Position numbers and translations under genes: made by a program. Shown one piece after another: positions 1 to 9,683 of a stretch of 64,000 bases of DNA (position 1 is its first letter; each line of letters begins with the position of its first letter). The notes under the pieces were generated by a model, which saw nothing but the letters and a program-made list of their open reading frames with translations, was not told the origin of the DNA and did no database searches. The stretch lies in assembly GCA_963715865.1 (NCBI GenBank), contig OY970280.1, positions 1,408,001-1,472,000 on the forward strand. Reading direction: 5' to 3'. Origin of the DNA: Candidatus Bathyarchaeota archaeon (GTDB lineage: Archaea > Thermoproteota > Bathyarchaeia > Bathyarchaeales > Bathycorpusculaceae).

Positions 1-1
1 A

Positions 2-502
2 AGGTACAAGAATTAGGGGAGACTGGACGCTTTCTTTTGTTTCCAAGTCTACCCAGTTTAAGGTGCCGAAAGCGGCATGAAAAATGCGAACGCCCCGTTC
101 TCGGTAGTAAAGAAGCGAGCGCCATTGCAAGTTTTTGAGGCTTCTTTCAAGGTCTGCACGAGTTAAGCTTCCGCAGACCAGTTGATTTGCTGATGGGCGC
201 TTTGGTTCTTCTGGCATAGAGGCTGTTGCGTTGGCTTTGACTGTTTTAGCTTTAGTTTTGCCTTTTGCCTTCTCTGGCTTTTCAGGCGTCTTGGTTTCTT
301 CTGGAGGCAACCAGAATTCTAAACGACGCTTTTTCAATACTAGCGCATTGAAGACTGCTTGCGGGTCAGGCTGCGAAACGGGAAGGTTTCCTCGCCTTGT
401 TTTATGGAAATACAGGAGGTTGTTTCTTTTTGACAGGTCGATTAATCGAGACTTCCAATCTTCAACTCGTTTCATAGGTTGAGAGGTAACAGTTTGCGTC
501 AT
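2..502 (-). CDS. DUF4011-domain protein, N-terminal part (probably a DUF4011-SF1 helicase-nuclease; runs off the window start)
   Basis: Manual translation from ATG at 502: MTQTVTSQPMKRVEDWKSRLIDLSKRNNLLYFHK...RERGVRIFHAAFGTLNW...SPLILVP, matching the W..LLDLS.RN.LL and G...L..AFG.L.W...PLILVP motifs of DUF4011. Absent from the ORF track because it has no stop in the window. Confidence 0.75.
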   Translation of the reverse strand, partial: MTQTVTSQPMKRVEDWKSRLIDLSKRNNLLYFHKTRRGNLPVSQPDPQAVFNALVLKKRRLEFWLPPEETKTPEKPEKAKGKTKAKTVKANATASMPEEPKRPSANQLVCGSLTRADLERSLKNLQWRSLLYYRERGVRIFHAAFGTLNWVDLETKESVQSPLILVP

Positions 503-610
503 TAAACCACATCCACACCCAATAGTTTAGCATTATTGTGCGGATGTTTCTTTAATATTTACGGTTGTACCGCGGCAATTCAAGCAATGGATTGGCTTAG
601 TTAAAAGCAC

Positions 611-1228
611 TCAAGAGCTGGTTGCTTTTTCAATTGCTCCCAAAAGTACTCGCTTTACGTTTTCTAGCCCTATTTTTCTTGTTTCAAGAACTCTAAGGCC
701 AATCCCTGACTTTTCCAACTCATCTTTGCATTTATCGGCGTTGCCGCAAGTGTCTAAAAGAACGATACCTTTGATTCCGCTGAAAAGATTCGCAAAAGCT
801 GCCTCATCAACGCCTTCTTTTAGCATTTTTTCCTTCATGCGCTTGAAAAATCTTATCATTCCAGGACCCATAAACATCAAGTTATGCTCAGGGTCAGCCT
901 CTAAGAATTTTCCTTTGCCGCCGAGTTGGCAGTCAATACAGTTTACAGCGTCAACTTTGACTACGCCATATTCTTCGGCCAGTTTTTTCATCTCACCGTT
1001 TTGACCGAGGCAGAGGTCGCCGTAAACTAGCACTACTTTGCCATGGAAACGCTTTAGGGTTTGTTCTAGAACTTTACGCAGGTTTTTCTCTAGCACTTCG
1101 TAGTCAACATGGAAGTATTTGCTGACAAAAACTAACTCTGCATCAAGGCTTCCCTGTTTGATTAATTGTTCGATTTCCTCTTTTAGAACACTGCAAGAAA
1201 CAAGACAAACCTTAACTTTTTCGCCCAC
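611..1228 (-). CDS. DUF1638-domain protein
   Basis: CSVLKEEI start, LVYGDLC and VDAVNCIDCQLGG motifs. Confidence 0.65.
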   Translation of the reverse strand: MGEKVKVCLVSCSVLKEEIEQLIKQGSLDAELVFVSKYFHVDYEVLEKNLRKVLEQTLKRFHGKVVLVYGDLCLGQNGEMKKLAEEYGVVKVDAVNCIDCQLGGKGKFLEADPEHNLMFMGPGMIRFFKRMKEKMLKEGVDEAAFANLFSGIKGIVLLDTCGNADKCKDELEKSGIGLRVLETRKIGLENVKRVLLGAIEKATSS

Positions 1229-1370
1229 TGCCCAGTCAACTTCTATGGTTTAAAGCAAAGCTAGTTCTCCATTGACCAAAAAAACTTTTCTCCGCGCCTT
1301 ACATTCCCTTTTTTTCTTTTGTTTAATAAACGCTTCCTCTTAAGCCTTTTTTGATTAATGAAGCCAAATT

Positions 1371-2381
1371 TTGATTTGGGATAGATTTGGGAGTAAATTT
1401 GAAAAACCTTATTACCTTAAAGGGTCCCTTCATACTTTTATTATGTTTGGACGGAAGGGTAATTTGAAAAAGACGATAGTTGTTGTAATTCTTGCAGCCT
1501 TAACTTTAGCTGCGTTTAGTATGTTGTCGGGTCCGAGTGTGAGAGCGGCCGCTTCGGAAGCTCAGGTTCTAAGTTACAGTTGGTACGTTGCTCCTTCAAG
1601 CACTGTTATAGCAGCAGAAGTTGGCGATTTGATTGCGGTCGGTGAGGTACAGAATATAGGTTCAAACGTCATAGGTAACGTGACTATTGAAGGTACGGCT
1701 CTTAGTTCTACCGGACAGACTTTGGCTACCACTAGTAGCCCAGCATTTGTGTATCATATGCTTCCTGGGCAGAAGGCTCCTTTCTACTTGGATTTTACTG
1801 CTCAGAGTAGCACTAGCCAAGACCTAAGCTGGGTCTCTTCAGTTAGTACTGTTACCGTTTCAGTTAGTTCCGTTGAGGATACTAATGCGACTCAGTATTC
1901 AGGTTTGACGATTCCAAATCCTGGAGGTAACACTTCTTACATTGACAGCAATGGCACCTACACTGTTTATGGAACATTTGTGAACACCGGCAACCAAGCG
2001 GCTGTAGATCCTTGGGTTGTAGCAACATTTTATAACGCTTCCGGGAAGGTTATAGGTTTGAATTACACCGAGTACTTAACTGACTCACTTGCGCCTGGTG
2101 ACCCGGCAAGGTTTTTTGCAACACCCACGGATAACACAGCTCAATTATCAAGTGAAATAGCAAGTTACACATTACAAATTGACTCATTGACCATGACGAA
2201 TTCTACATCACCTACTTCTTCTCCGACCGCCTCACCTTCAACATCAACGGCACAATTGCCAACATTGCCCATAGTGGTCGTAGTAGTGGTCGTTGTAGTT
2301 GTCATCGCCGCTTTAATGTTACTAAGAAAGCGCCAAAAACTACCTCCACCGCCACCTCCGCCACCTCCTCCACCCGAATAA
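1371..2381 (+). CDS. Membrane-anchored surface protein with FxLYD-like Ig domains and a C-terminal polyproline tail (true start probably ~1440-1464)
   Basis: Signal peptide, repeated GEV.N.G / GT..N.G...V.ATFYN..G motifs, S/T/P linker, TM helix, then RKRQKLPPPPPPPPPPE. Confidence 0.7.
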   Translation: MIWDRFGSKFEKPYYLKGSLHTFIMFGRKGNLKKTIVVVILAALTLAAFSMLSGPSVRAAASEAQVLSYSWYVAPSSTVIAAEVGDLIAVGEVQNIGSNVIGNVTIEGTALSSTGQTLATTSSPAFVYHMLPGQKAPFYLDFTAQSSTSQDLSWVSSVSTVTVSVSSVEDTNATQYSGLTIPNPGGNTSYIDSNGTYTVYGTFVNTGNQAAVDPWVVATFYNASGKVIGLNYTEYLTDSLAPGDPARFFATPTDNTAQLSSEIASYTLQIDSLTMTNSTSPTSSPTASPSTSTAQLPTLPIVVVVVVVVVVIAALMLLRKRQKLPPPPPPPPPPPE

Positions 2382-2654
2382 TAAGAAGAATACAAGTCTT
2401 CAGACTATTCAATGCGGGCGAAAACCGAAGAAGGGTCTCTGAGATTATCGAAGGTGTAAAGTCTCTTATTCTTTGGCAGAAATGGATGGTCAGTAATTTC
2501 AGGTTCTATTTCGCGTAAACGTCACTGACTCGTCTAATTTCTGTTGGGCTGGAAAAAGTGTCGCCTTGCTAAAAAGTTCTTGCAACGAAATACAGATATG
2601 CTGAAGCACCAAAAGATACAGGAAGAGAAAATGAAAAAAGAGCCTAGATATTGC

Positions 2655-3062
2655 TTAAAGTGCCGAGGGTTTAAAGCAGTATCTTGTCCACTGCGGCCAC
2701 TGCTGCGTTGTACTGCACGAGCCGAAGTCTAATGTTAACTCCATGCCTATCTTTAGTTGCTCTTGCGTTAAGCCTTGGATCATTCCGGGGATTTTCAAGC
2801 CGTTTTCCAGTTGCACGATGCCCACGGCGTAGGGTGTTAATGCTTGGAATTGTTGTGGTGCAACGCTGATGACTGTGTAAGTGAGCAGTTTGCCCCTTCC
2901 AGAAACACTGACCCATTCGAACTCTTGTGAGAAGCAGTTGTCGCATAAGGGTCTTGGTGGCAAATGGATTTTTCCGCATTTGAGGCATTTTCCAGCCATA
3001 AGTTTCTCTTGGCGTAGAAACTTGTAGAACTGCTCAATTGTGAATGGTTCTTGTGTGCTCAT
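2655..3062 (-). CDS. DUF35 family Zn-ribbon/OB-fold protein (thiolase partner)
   Basis: CxxC...PPR..CxxC followed by an OB fold; immediately downstream of the thiolase. Confidence 0.9.
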   Translation of the reverse strand: MSTQEPFTIEQFYKFLRQEKLMAGKCLKCGKIHLPPRPLCDNCFSQEFEWVSVSGRGKLLTYTVISVAPQQFQALTPYAVGIVQLENGLKIPGMIQGLTQEQLKIGMELTLDFGSCSTTQQWPQWTRYCFKPSAL

Positions 3063-3064
3063 TT

Positions 3065-4237
3065 TTAAGCGCTCCTGTAAATGTGAACTGCCGCTGTAGC
3101 TCCTGACCCGCCAACATTATGTGTTAAGCCTAATTTTGCGTCTTTTACTTGGCGTTTTCCTGCTTGCCCTGTGAGTTGCAGGTATATTTCGTAGGCTTGC
3201 GCTGTGCCTGTAGCGCCGACAGGGTGACCTTTGGCTTTTAAGCCGCCGCTCATGTTAACTGGAATTCGTCCGCCGAGGCGGGTTTCGCCGCTTTCAATTA
3301 GCTTTCCGCCTTCGCCTACAGGGCAGAAGCCTAAGTCTTCATAAGCCATTAGCTCGGCAAATGTGAAGCAATCGTGGACTTCAGCTAAGTCTAGGTCTTC
3401 TGGTTTGGCGTTTGCCATTTCGTAGGCTGTTTTCGTCGCTAACCGCGTTGCTGAGAGTGATGTGAGGCTTTTGCGTTCATACAAGCCAATGGTGTCACTT
3501 GCTTGTCCACTGCCAACTATGTGCACTGGCATATCGGTGTATTTGCTGGCTAATTCTGGCTTGGTTAGGATTATGCAGCTTGCGCCGTCAGTTATCAATG
3601 AGCAATCGTAGAGTTTCAGCGGCCAAGCGACGTAGCGTGAAGCCATGGCGGCTTCGAGGGTGATTTCTTTTTGCATGTGAGCTTTAGGGTTGAGGCTTCC
3701 ATGATAATGGTTCTTGACGGCTGCTAAAGCCATCTGCTCCTGCGTTGTGCCATAAGCGTGCATGTGGGCGGTCGCCATCATTGCGAATAACGCTGGGAAG
3801 GTGATGCCGTGCCACTGTTCAAACGGGTAATCCGACGCCATAGCCAAGTACTCAGTAACCTCAGCCGTTGTGCGATGCGTCATTTTCTCAACGCCGCCAA
3901 CCAAAACCACGTCCGCAAGACCAGACATTGTAGCGTAAATTCCCGCTCGCAACGCTGCGCCTGAAGAAGCACAAGCCGCCTCAGTCCGCGTTGCTGGAAT
4001 ACCAGTGAGTCCTGCCCAATCCGCAACGGCTGCTCCCATGTGACCTTGGTGCTCGTAGGCTTCACCCATGTGCCCGATGAACATGGCTTTAATGTCGTTT
4101 TTCGGGTCTAGTTTGGGGCAGCGGCTGAACGCTTCTTTAGCCGCTTCGGAAAAGATTTCTCTTGCAAGTAAACCATCATGCTTGCCGAACTTGGACATGC
4201 CAGCGCTGACTATGCTGACGAGCGGTTTCCCATACAA
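3065..4237 (-). CDS. Archaeal thiolase (acetyl-CoA acetyltransferase, SCP-x type)
   Basis: EAACASSG catalytic Cys, EVHDCF, GGLKAKGHPVGATG, HNVGG. Confidence 0.93.
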   Translation of the reverse strand: MYGKPLVSIVSAGMSKFGKHDGLLAREIFSEAAKEAFSRCPKLDPKNDIKAMFIGHMGEAYEHQGHMGAAVADWAGLTGIPATRTEAACASSGAALRAGIYATMSGLADVVLVGGVEKMTHRTTAEVTEYLAMASDYPFEQWHGITFPALFAMMATAHMHAYGTTQEQMALAAVKNHYHGSLNPKAHMQKEITLEAAMASRYVAWPLKLYDCSLITDGASCIILTKPELASKYTDMPVHIVGSGQASDTIGLYERKSLTSLSATRLATKTAYEMANAKPEDLDLAEVHDCFTFAELMAYEDLGFCPVGEGGKLIESGETRLGGRIPVNMSGGLKAKGHPVGATGTAQAYEIYLQLTGQAGKRQVKDAKLGLTHNVGGSGATAAVHIYRSA

Positions 4238-4319
4238 ACGCGAAGCTCCCTCTTTAATGCCTATACATTGATGCTAACCCAGAATAAAAACATGCAACCA
4301 GAGTCGCTAGAGCAGGGAT

Positions 4320-4976
4320 ATGTTAACGTTATCTTTAAATGAAACGATTGTAGTATTATTACTACATATGTTGTATAAATACCACATTAATCAGACAACA
4401 CTCAAAATTTTAAGTCTTTTCAGAAGCAACTACAAAACCTCCCTTTATTTAAGGGAAATAGCGCGAGAGATACAAGTTGATGTAAAAGCTGTCAGTCTCC
4501 AACTAAATAGATTGGAAAAAACGAATATCCTAACAAGCATTCAGAAAGGAAAAAACAAGGAATACAGCCTAAACCTCGGCAATTACCTAACTTTATACTA
4601 CATAGTGCTCGCTGAAGATTTCGCGACCATAGAATATCTTGACAGAAATTTTGAAGTAAAGAAACTTGTAAGTGAAACAGCCGACAAGCTAGGAAAAATA
4701 GCTATGCTCTTCGGAAGTTTCGCTAAGGGAAACATGACGCAAGAAAGCGACATAGACATCTTAATCATAGATGATAAAAAACCCGACTTAAGCGTCTTTA
4801 AGGAAGTGGGCAGTCTTCTCAGCCGAGAGATAAGCATCAAATGCATGTCAGAAGAACAATTCTCAAACGGCTTGGCAAACAAGGACCCTCTTACACTCGA
4901 AGTTGCCGTCAATCACATTATTCTTAAAGGATTAGACAACCTATGTAACATGCTGTGGAAATACTATGCAAAATGA
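4320..4976 (+). CDS. wHTH + minimal nucleotidyltransferase (MNT) antitoxin; start may be ~4368
   Basis: LREIARE HTH, FGSFAKG...SDIDIL nucleotidyltransferase motif. Confidence 0.85.
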   Translation: MLTLSLNETIVVLLLHMLYKYHINQTTLKILSLFRSNYKTSLYLREIAREIQVDVKAVSLQLNRLEKTNILTSIQKGKNKEYSLNLGNYLTLYYIVLAEDFATIEYLDRNFEVKKLVSETADKLGKIAMLFGSFAKGNMTQESDIDILIIDDKKPDLSVFKEVGSLLSREISIKCMSEEQFSNGLANKDPLTLEVAVNHIILKGLDNLCNMLWKYYAK

Positions 4977-5457
4977 CGAAAGACACTTGCGGTGGTGCCT
5001 AAAACAGAGCAAAGGAATACGGGTGGACAAGCCTTCAGAGAACTTGGTCAAAGCTTACCTGCAAAAATCCAGAAATGCCTCAAAATCCATGGAGGTTAAT
5101 GCACAGGCGAGTCTTATTGAATGGGCTGTATCTGCCAGTTATTACGCTAAGTACTTTGCGGTTTATTCGTTGCTCTCTAAAATTGGGATTAAATGTGAAA
5201 TACACGACTGCACTATAGCTGTGTTTGAGTACCTCTTTAGCGATAGTATACCTAAAGAAATCCTCAAAGACTTGAGGGATTCCAAAGAAAACCGAGTTGA
5301 AGCCCAATATTACACACAAGAAATAAGCGTAAACTTAGAACAAGTGATTAAGAAAACCAAGCAGTTCGCGCTTGAAATAGAAAAGGTGATTGACGGTTTG
5401 AATGCTGAGAAAATTTCAAAATTGCAAATTAAATTGAAGACCTTAGCTTCTATGTGA
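4966..5457 (+). CDS. HEPN-domain protein (toxin partner of the MNT)
   Basis: AVSASYYAKYFA..LL, KCEIH, RVEAQYY; overlaps the MNT stop. Confidence 0.85.
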   Translation: MQNDERHLRWCLKQSKGIRVDKPSENLVKAYLQKSRNASKSMEVNAQASLIEWAVSASYYAKYFAVYSLLSKIGIKCEIHDCTIAVFEYLFSDSIPKEILKDLRDSKENRVEAQYYTQEISVNLEQVIKKTKQFALEIEKVIDGLNAEKISKLQIKLKTLASM

Positions 5458-5592
5458 AAAACCGAAAAGCGAACGTTTAGGCCTTTTACAATAAGGCAAC
5501 TTGCCTTTCGCAGCGTGATATTGAGTGCATTCGTCGCATTTGCCTCGCCTTACACATTTCTTCTTTGGGCAAGGACAATCTTCTCGAAGCAT
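5443..5592 (-). CDS. Small Cys-rich protein, 49 aa (DUF6485-like)
   Basis: Manual translation MLREDCPCPKKKCVRRGKCDECTQYHAAKGKLPYCKRPKRSLFGFSHRS; directly downstream of cbiB on the same strand; below the ORF-track cutoff. Confidence 0.6.
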   Translation of the reverse strand: MLREDCPCPKKKCVRRGKCDECTQYHAAKGKLPYCKRPKRSLFGFSHRS

Positions 5593-5636
5593 AATGCTGA
5601 GTTAGTAGCGATTCCTTATAGTTTTTTAGGCAACCG

Positions 5637-6605
5637 TTAGAGTCCTGCAACGTAGATTCTTAAAGCTAAAACTGGCAGAACCACCACTAAGCCGAACAGG
5701 ACAGCAGTTAACGCCATTACCCGCAAAGCCTTCGTAATATGTTCTGGCGAAATGCCGTGGTCGTCGCCTAAAACGTAGTAGCCCTGTTTTTCCAGTTGGG
5801 TGTTTAATGCTCCAGCCATGGCTGATATTGTCCAGCCGGCGTTTATGCTGGCGGTTTTTCCCTTGTCTCTTTGCAGGATGCGCCATGATTCATGCCAGTT
5901 TTCCCCTAAAAGGAATGATGCGGCAACCATTAGGTACGCTGTTAGTCTTGCGGGGATGTAGTTGGCTATGGTGTCGAGTTTTGCGCTGAACCAGCCGATA
6001 TTCTTGTTTTCAACGTTCTTGTAGCCAACCATGGAATCCAACGTGTTAACCACGCGATAAGCAAACGCGCCTGGAACACCGAGCAGGGCAAAGAAGAAGA
6101 ATGGTCCGGTTATTCCGTCCGTGGTGCTTTCTGCGATGGATTCCACTGCAGCAGAAATAATCTGCCTCTCATTAAGCGTGTTCGGGTCTCGCCTAACAAT
6201 GAAGGGCAGCCATTTTCGCGCTTCAGCTAAATCGTTTTTCTTCAATGCCGAAGCAATCGGCTTAGTGTATTGGCCCATGCCTTTTACTGCAAAAGTAGCC
6301 TTAAACAAAACCGCACCCACAACAATATACGGTATCGAACCGAAAGATTGCTTAAGCCAAAAAAGCAACAAAAACACAGGAACCGAAACAAGCAACATAA
6401 CACTTACGGCTAACAAGATGCCGTTTGCTTTTTCAATTTTAGGGTTTGCATTTTTCAATTTAGGTTTAAAGTACGCAATTACTTTGCCTATGCCAATTGT
6501 TGGGTGAATCCTGTCAGGGTACTCTCCGAAAACGGCATCAATCACGAAAGCTAACAGAAAAATCAGCGCAGAATCAACAAACAAGGAAAAATCAAATGAA
6601 AACAT
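5637..6605 (-). CDS. cbiB: Adenosylcobinamide-phosphate synthase CbiB
   Basis: GEYPDRIHP, IVRRD, ESIAESTTDG, YRVVNTLDSMVGYK, N.IPARL motifs. Confidence 0.93.
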   Translation of the reverse strand: MFSFDFSLFVDSALIFLLAFVIDAVFGEYPDRIHPTIGIGKVIAYFKPKLKNANPKIEKANGILLAVSVMLLVSVPVFLLLFWLKQSFGSIPYIVVGAVLFKATFAVKGMGQYTKPIASALKKNDLAEARKWLPFIVRRDPNTLNERQIISAAVESIAESTTDGITGPFFFFALLGVPGAFAYRVVNTLDSMVGYKNVENKNIGWFSAKLDTIANYIPARLTAYLMVAASFLLGENWHESWRILQRDKGKTASINAGWTISAMAGALNTQLEKQGYYVLGDDHGISPEHITKALRVMALTAVLFGLVVVLPVLALRIYVAGL

Positions 6606-6631
6606 GGTTCATTAATCAAACCTTGTCATTG

Positions 6632-7762
6632 CTAATTTTTCACTGTCCGCTTTAAAGCTTCAATCAACCGCTCATTCTCCACACGAGTTTTAACCGCCAC
6701 ACGAATAAAGTATGGGTCCAGCCCCCTAAAAGAAGTGCAGTCCCGAATCAAAATGCCTTGGCGCAAAAGTTTGTTCTTCAGTTCAGTAGCTGTTAAACCT
6801 GACTTGCGAATGTCAATAAAGAAAAAGTTGGCATCTGGCGGAAAAACCTTGAAAGATTTTATTTTTTCCAACTCGGTTGATAGGAAGGCTTTTTCGTTTT
6901 TGATAAGCTCACGCGTCACCCTCAGATGCTCCTCGTCCTTCAATGCGACAACAGCGGCAGCCTGCGCTAAACAATTAACGTTCCAAGGAATCTTGGCGCA
7001 CAACAGCACATTGATGATTTCTTCAGAGGCAATTCCATAGCCAATGCGCAAACCTGTTAAACCGAAAATTTTTGTAAAAGACCTCAAAATGAACAGGTTA
7101 GGATACGCTTTGATTTTGTTAATCATCGATAGGGCTTTTTCGTTTTCTACAAACTCCAAAAAATCCTCGTCAAGAAAAACAAGGCTATCCTGCTCCAAAG
7201 CCTCCTCAATTATTCCCGTCAAAGTTTCTGAGGGAATAAGAATGCTTGTTGGATTATTCGGATTACACAAGAAAACAATCTTCGCACCAGCCATCTCACG
7301 TGCAAAAACATCTGCGTCAACGTTGAAATTCTTGTCTAGCTTAACGAGTTTTGGTGTTTCACCTGTCTTTCTAACCGCACTCTCGTATTCGCCAAAAGTT
7401 GGCGCAGGGATAACGGCTGTGTCGCCTTTTTTCATAAAAGCCTCAGCAAACAAGTACATGAGTTCCGTAGAACCATTACCAACAACAACATTGCCTTTGC
7501 TTAATCCATTAAAGTGGTCAGCAATAGCCTGTCGTAACTCGTTAGAATTTGAATCTGGATAAGCAGGAATTTCTTTAAAGCTGTTTTTTGCTGCTCCGAG
7601 CGCTTTTTCTGATGGACCTAAAGGGTTCACGCTTGAACTAAAATCCAAAATCTCCTCTCGTTTGAATCCGCTCTTGCCTGCGGCATCCAAAATCTCTCCG
7701 CCATGGACGCATGGCTTAAGATTCTTTATGCTGTCTTTTACTAAATTTTCAACAGGCTTCAT
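6632..7762 (-). CDS. cobD: Threonine-phosphate decarboxylase CobD / HisC-like PLP aminotransferase
   Basis: HGG, DFSSSVNPLGP, CNPNNPT, DEDF, RSFTKIFGLTGLRIGY; adjacent to cbiB. Confidence 0.85.
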   Translation of the reverse strand: MKPVENLVKDSIKNLKPCVHGGEILDAAGKSGFKREEILDFSSSVNPLGPSEKALGAAKNSFKEIPAYPDSNSNELRQAIADHFNGLSKGNVVVGNGSTELMYLFAEAFMKKGDTAVIPAPTFGEYESAVRKTGETPKLVKLDKNFNVDADVFAREMAGAKIVFLCNPNNPTSILIPSETLTGIIEEALEQDSLVFLDEDFLEFVENEKALSMINKIKAYPNLFILRSFTKIFGLTGLRIGYGIASEEIINVLLCAKIPWNVNCLAQAAAVVALKDEEHLRVTRELIKNEKAFLSTELEKIKSFKVFPPDANFFFIDIRKSGLTATELKNKLLRQGILIRDCTSFRGLDPYFIRVAVKTRVENERLIEALKRTVKN

Positions 7763-7934
7763 TCAAGTTTCAATCCTTCAGCACGCCGCTGAAATGCTTA
7801 GGTTTCTTTTTGACGTAAATGATATAAATGTTTGGTTGGATGTTCCATCCAAAAACCAAAAACACGTTTTAGTCTTAAATTCCAAAAAGGTTTTGAGAGT
7901 GGCAAAACATTAGGCACTAATAGGCAAGGAAGAT

Positions 7935-8120
7935 GTGATGAGCGACAAAATGGATAAGCACAAGATTCAAGAATTAAAAGAAATGGTTAAAGAAAGAAAA
8001 CCTGACGAACCTATAGAGCAGGTTCTTGCCGTATTTTGCGAACGCCATGCAGTTTCCCTAAACACTTGCCGAGTTTATTATAATCGGTTGGTTGAAAAGG
8101 GCGAAATCAAAGAAAAATAA
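7935..8120 (+). CDS. Small hypothetical protein
   Basis: 61-aa ORF with plausible composition, co-oriented upstream of dph5. Confidence 0.6.
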   Translation: MMSDKMDKHKIQELKEMVKERKPDEPIEQVLAVFCERHAVSLNTCRVYYNRLVEKGEIKEK

Positions 8121-8162
8121 CGTTTAAGTTTAAACCCCTCAATTACTTACAAGGGCTCACAA

Positions 8163-8960
8163 TTGAATGAACTTGTCTTCATAGGCTTAGGATTAAACGA
8201 CGAAAAAGGCATCAGCATCAACGGTTTAGAAGAAACCAAAACTGCAGATTACGTTTTCATGGAACTCTACACAAGCCTCATGCCCGACTTCAACCTGCAA
8301 CGCTTCGAGACCTTATGCAGCAAAAAAGTCCAAGTGGTTTCAAGGCGTGAACTTGAAGAAGAAAACGGAACCGTAATTCTTGAAGCCGCCAGAAAAGGCA
8401 AGACAGTGTTTCTTGTTCCCGGTGACCCATTTATCGCTACAACACATGTCACATTGCGAATTGAAGCAGAAAAACATGGAATAAAAACTCGCGTTGTTCA
8501 TGGAGCATCCATAATATCAGCCATAATTAGTTTATCAGGATTACATAATTACAAGTTTGGAAAAACAGTTACCGTTCCCTTCCCGGAAAATTTTTCTGAA
8601 ACACCCTACAATGTTATCGCTCAAAACAAAAAGCTCGGCTTGCACACTCTTTGCCTTTTAGATTTGAAAGCAAACGAAAAACACTTCTTAACCATCAACC
8701 AAGCCATCGCAATGCTATTAAAGGTTGAACAGAAAAACAAAAAACGCGTAATCACCCCAAACACAGCTGCAGTCGGCATTGCACGAGCAGGAAGCAACAA
8801 TCCAACCCTGAAAGCTGACTTCCTCAAAAATTTAGCGAATTATGATTTCGGTGAACCGCCTTACAGTTTGATTTTTCCCGGCGACATGCACTTTATGGAA
8901 ACTGAATCCTTAATCGCTTTTGCTGGTGCACCAGCGGAGTTTAGGAGGCTTGCCAAATGA
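8163..8960 (+). CDS. dph5: Diphthine synthase
   Basis: LVFIGLGL, GDPFIATTH, YKFGKTVT, LHTLCLLD. Confidence 0.95.
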   Translation: MNELVFIGLGLNDEKGISINGLEETKTADYVFMELYTSLMPDFNLQRFETLCSKKVQVVSRRELEEENGTVILEAARKGKTVFLVPGDPFIATTHVTLRIEAEKHGIKTRVVHGASIISAIISLSGLHNYKFGKTVTVPFPENFSETPYNVIAQNKKLGLHTLCLLDLKANEKHFLTINQAIAMLLKVEQKNKKRVITPNTAAVGIARAGSNNPTLKADFLKNLANYDFGEPPYSLIFPGDMHFMETESLIAFAGAPAEFRRLAK

Positions 8961-9244
8961 GCCTAGAAGCGCTCACGTCAAAGTATATTTCTTCAGCGGA
9001 AAAAGTCCTAAAAGAACTGCAACAAACAAAAATACCCATTAGCCTAACAGAGGAATCTGTGGCTAACATTTTGCGTTGGGCTGCTGATTACTTGGAGGAC
9101 GCAAAGTATTATAAGGCTCAAGGAAAGTTTGAAACCAGCTTAACCTCAGTAGCCTACTGTGAAGGGCTCCTTGACGCTTTAAGACTGTTAGGCGCTGTGA
9201 AATTCGAATGGCCAACAAATCAAGAAAGAAAAAAGTCGTCTTAG
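8957..9244 (+). CDS. DUF357-domain protein
   Basis: A.DYLEDAKYY...LTSVAYCEGLLDALR. Confidence 0.85.
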   Translation: MSLEALTSKYISSAEKVLKELQQTKIPISLTEESVANILRWAADYLEDAKYYKAQGKFETSLTSVAYCEGLLDALRLLGAVKFEWPTNQERKKSS

Positions 9245-9669
9245 CATCAGGCGTGTTCGATCTGCTCCATTTGGGACATGTCAAATTTTTAGAGGATGCC
9301 AAAAAAGCAGGCGGAGAAAACGCTAAACTAGTAGTTATCATCGCAAGAGACAGCACAGTAGAAAAAACTAAAGGCAAAAAACCAATAATGTCTGAGGACC
9401 AACGCCGTGCACTGGTTGAATCGTTGAAAGTAGTTGATAAAGCAGTGCTTGGTTACGAGAAACTTGACATTGGCGAAGTCATTGAGAACGTTAAGCCAGA
9501 CATAATTGCTTTAGGATACGACCAAGCGGATATGGAGAGAGAAGTGCGGAATTACGTAGACAAGCATAAAGTGAATGTTAAGATTGTTAGAATCGGCAAG
9601 TTTGGAGAGAATACTTTAGATAGTTCATCAAAGATTAAACAGAAAATAATTGACAAATTTGCCGGTTAA
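9208..9669 (+). CDS. ribL: FAD synthase (cytidylyltransferase family)
   Basis: GVFDLLHLGH, IARD, KPDIIALGYDQ, SSSKIK. Confidence 0.9.
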   Translation: MANKSRKKKVVLASGVFDLLHLGHVKFLEDAKKAGGENAKLVVIIARDSTVEKTKGKKPIMSEDQRRALVESLKVVDKAVLGYEKLDIGEVIENVKPDIIALGYDQADMEREVRNYVDKHKVNVKIVRIGKFGENTLDSSSKIKQKIIDKFAG

Positions 9670-9683
9670 TTCGGTCGTGTAGT

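Noticed and set aside
231-482. 83-aa plus-strand ORF
   Set aside because: Antisense shadow of the DUF4011 gene, which has recognisable motifs.
2400-2650. Possible gene remnant between the surface protein and DUF35
   Set aside because: Only short open stretches with no recognisable motif.
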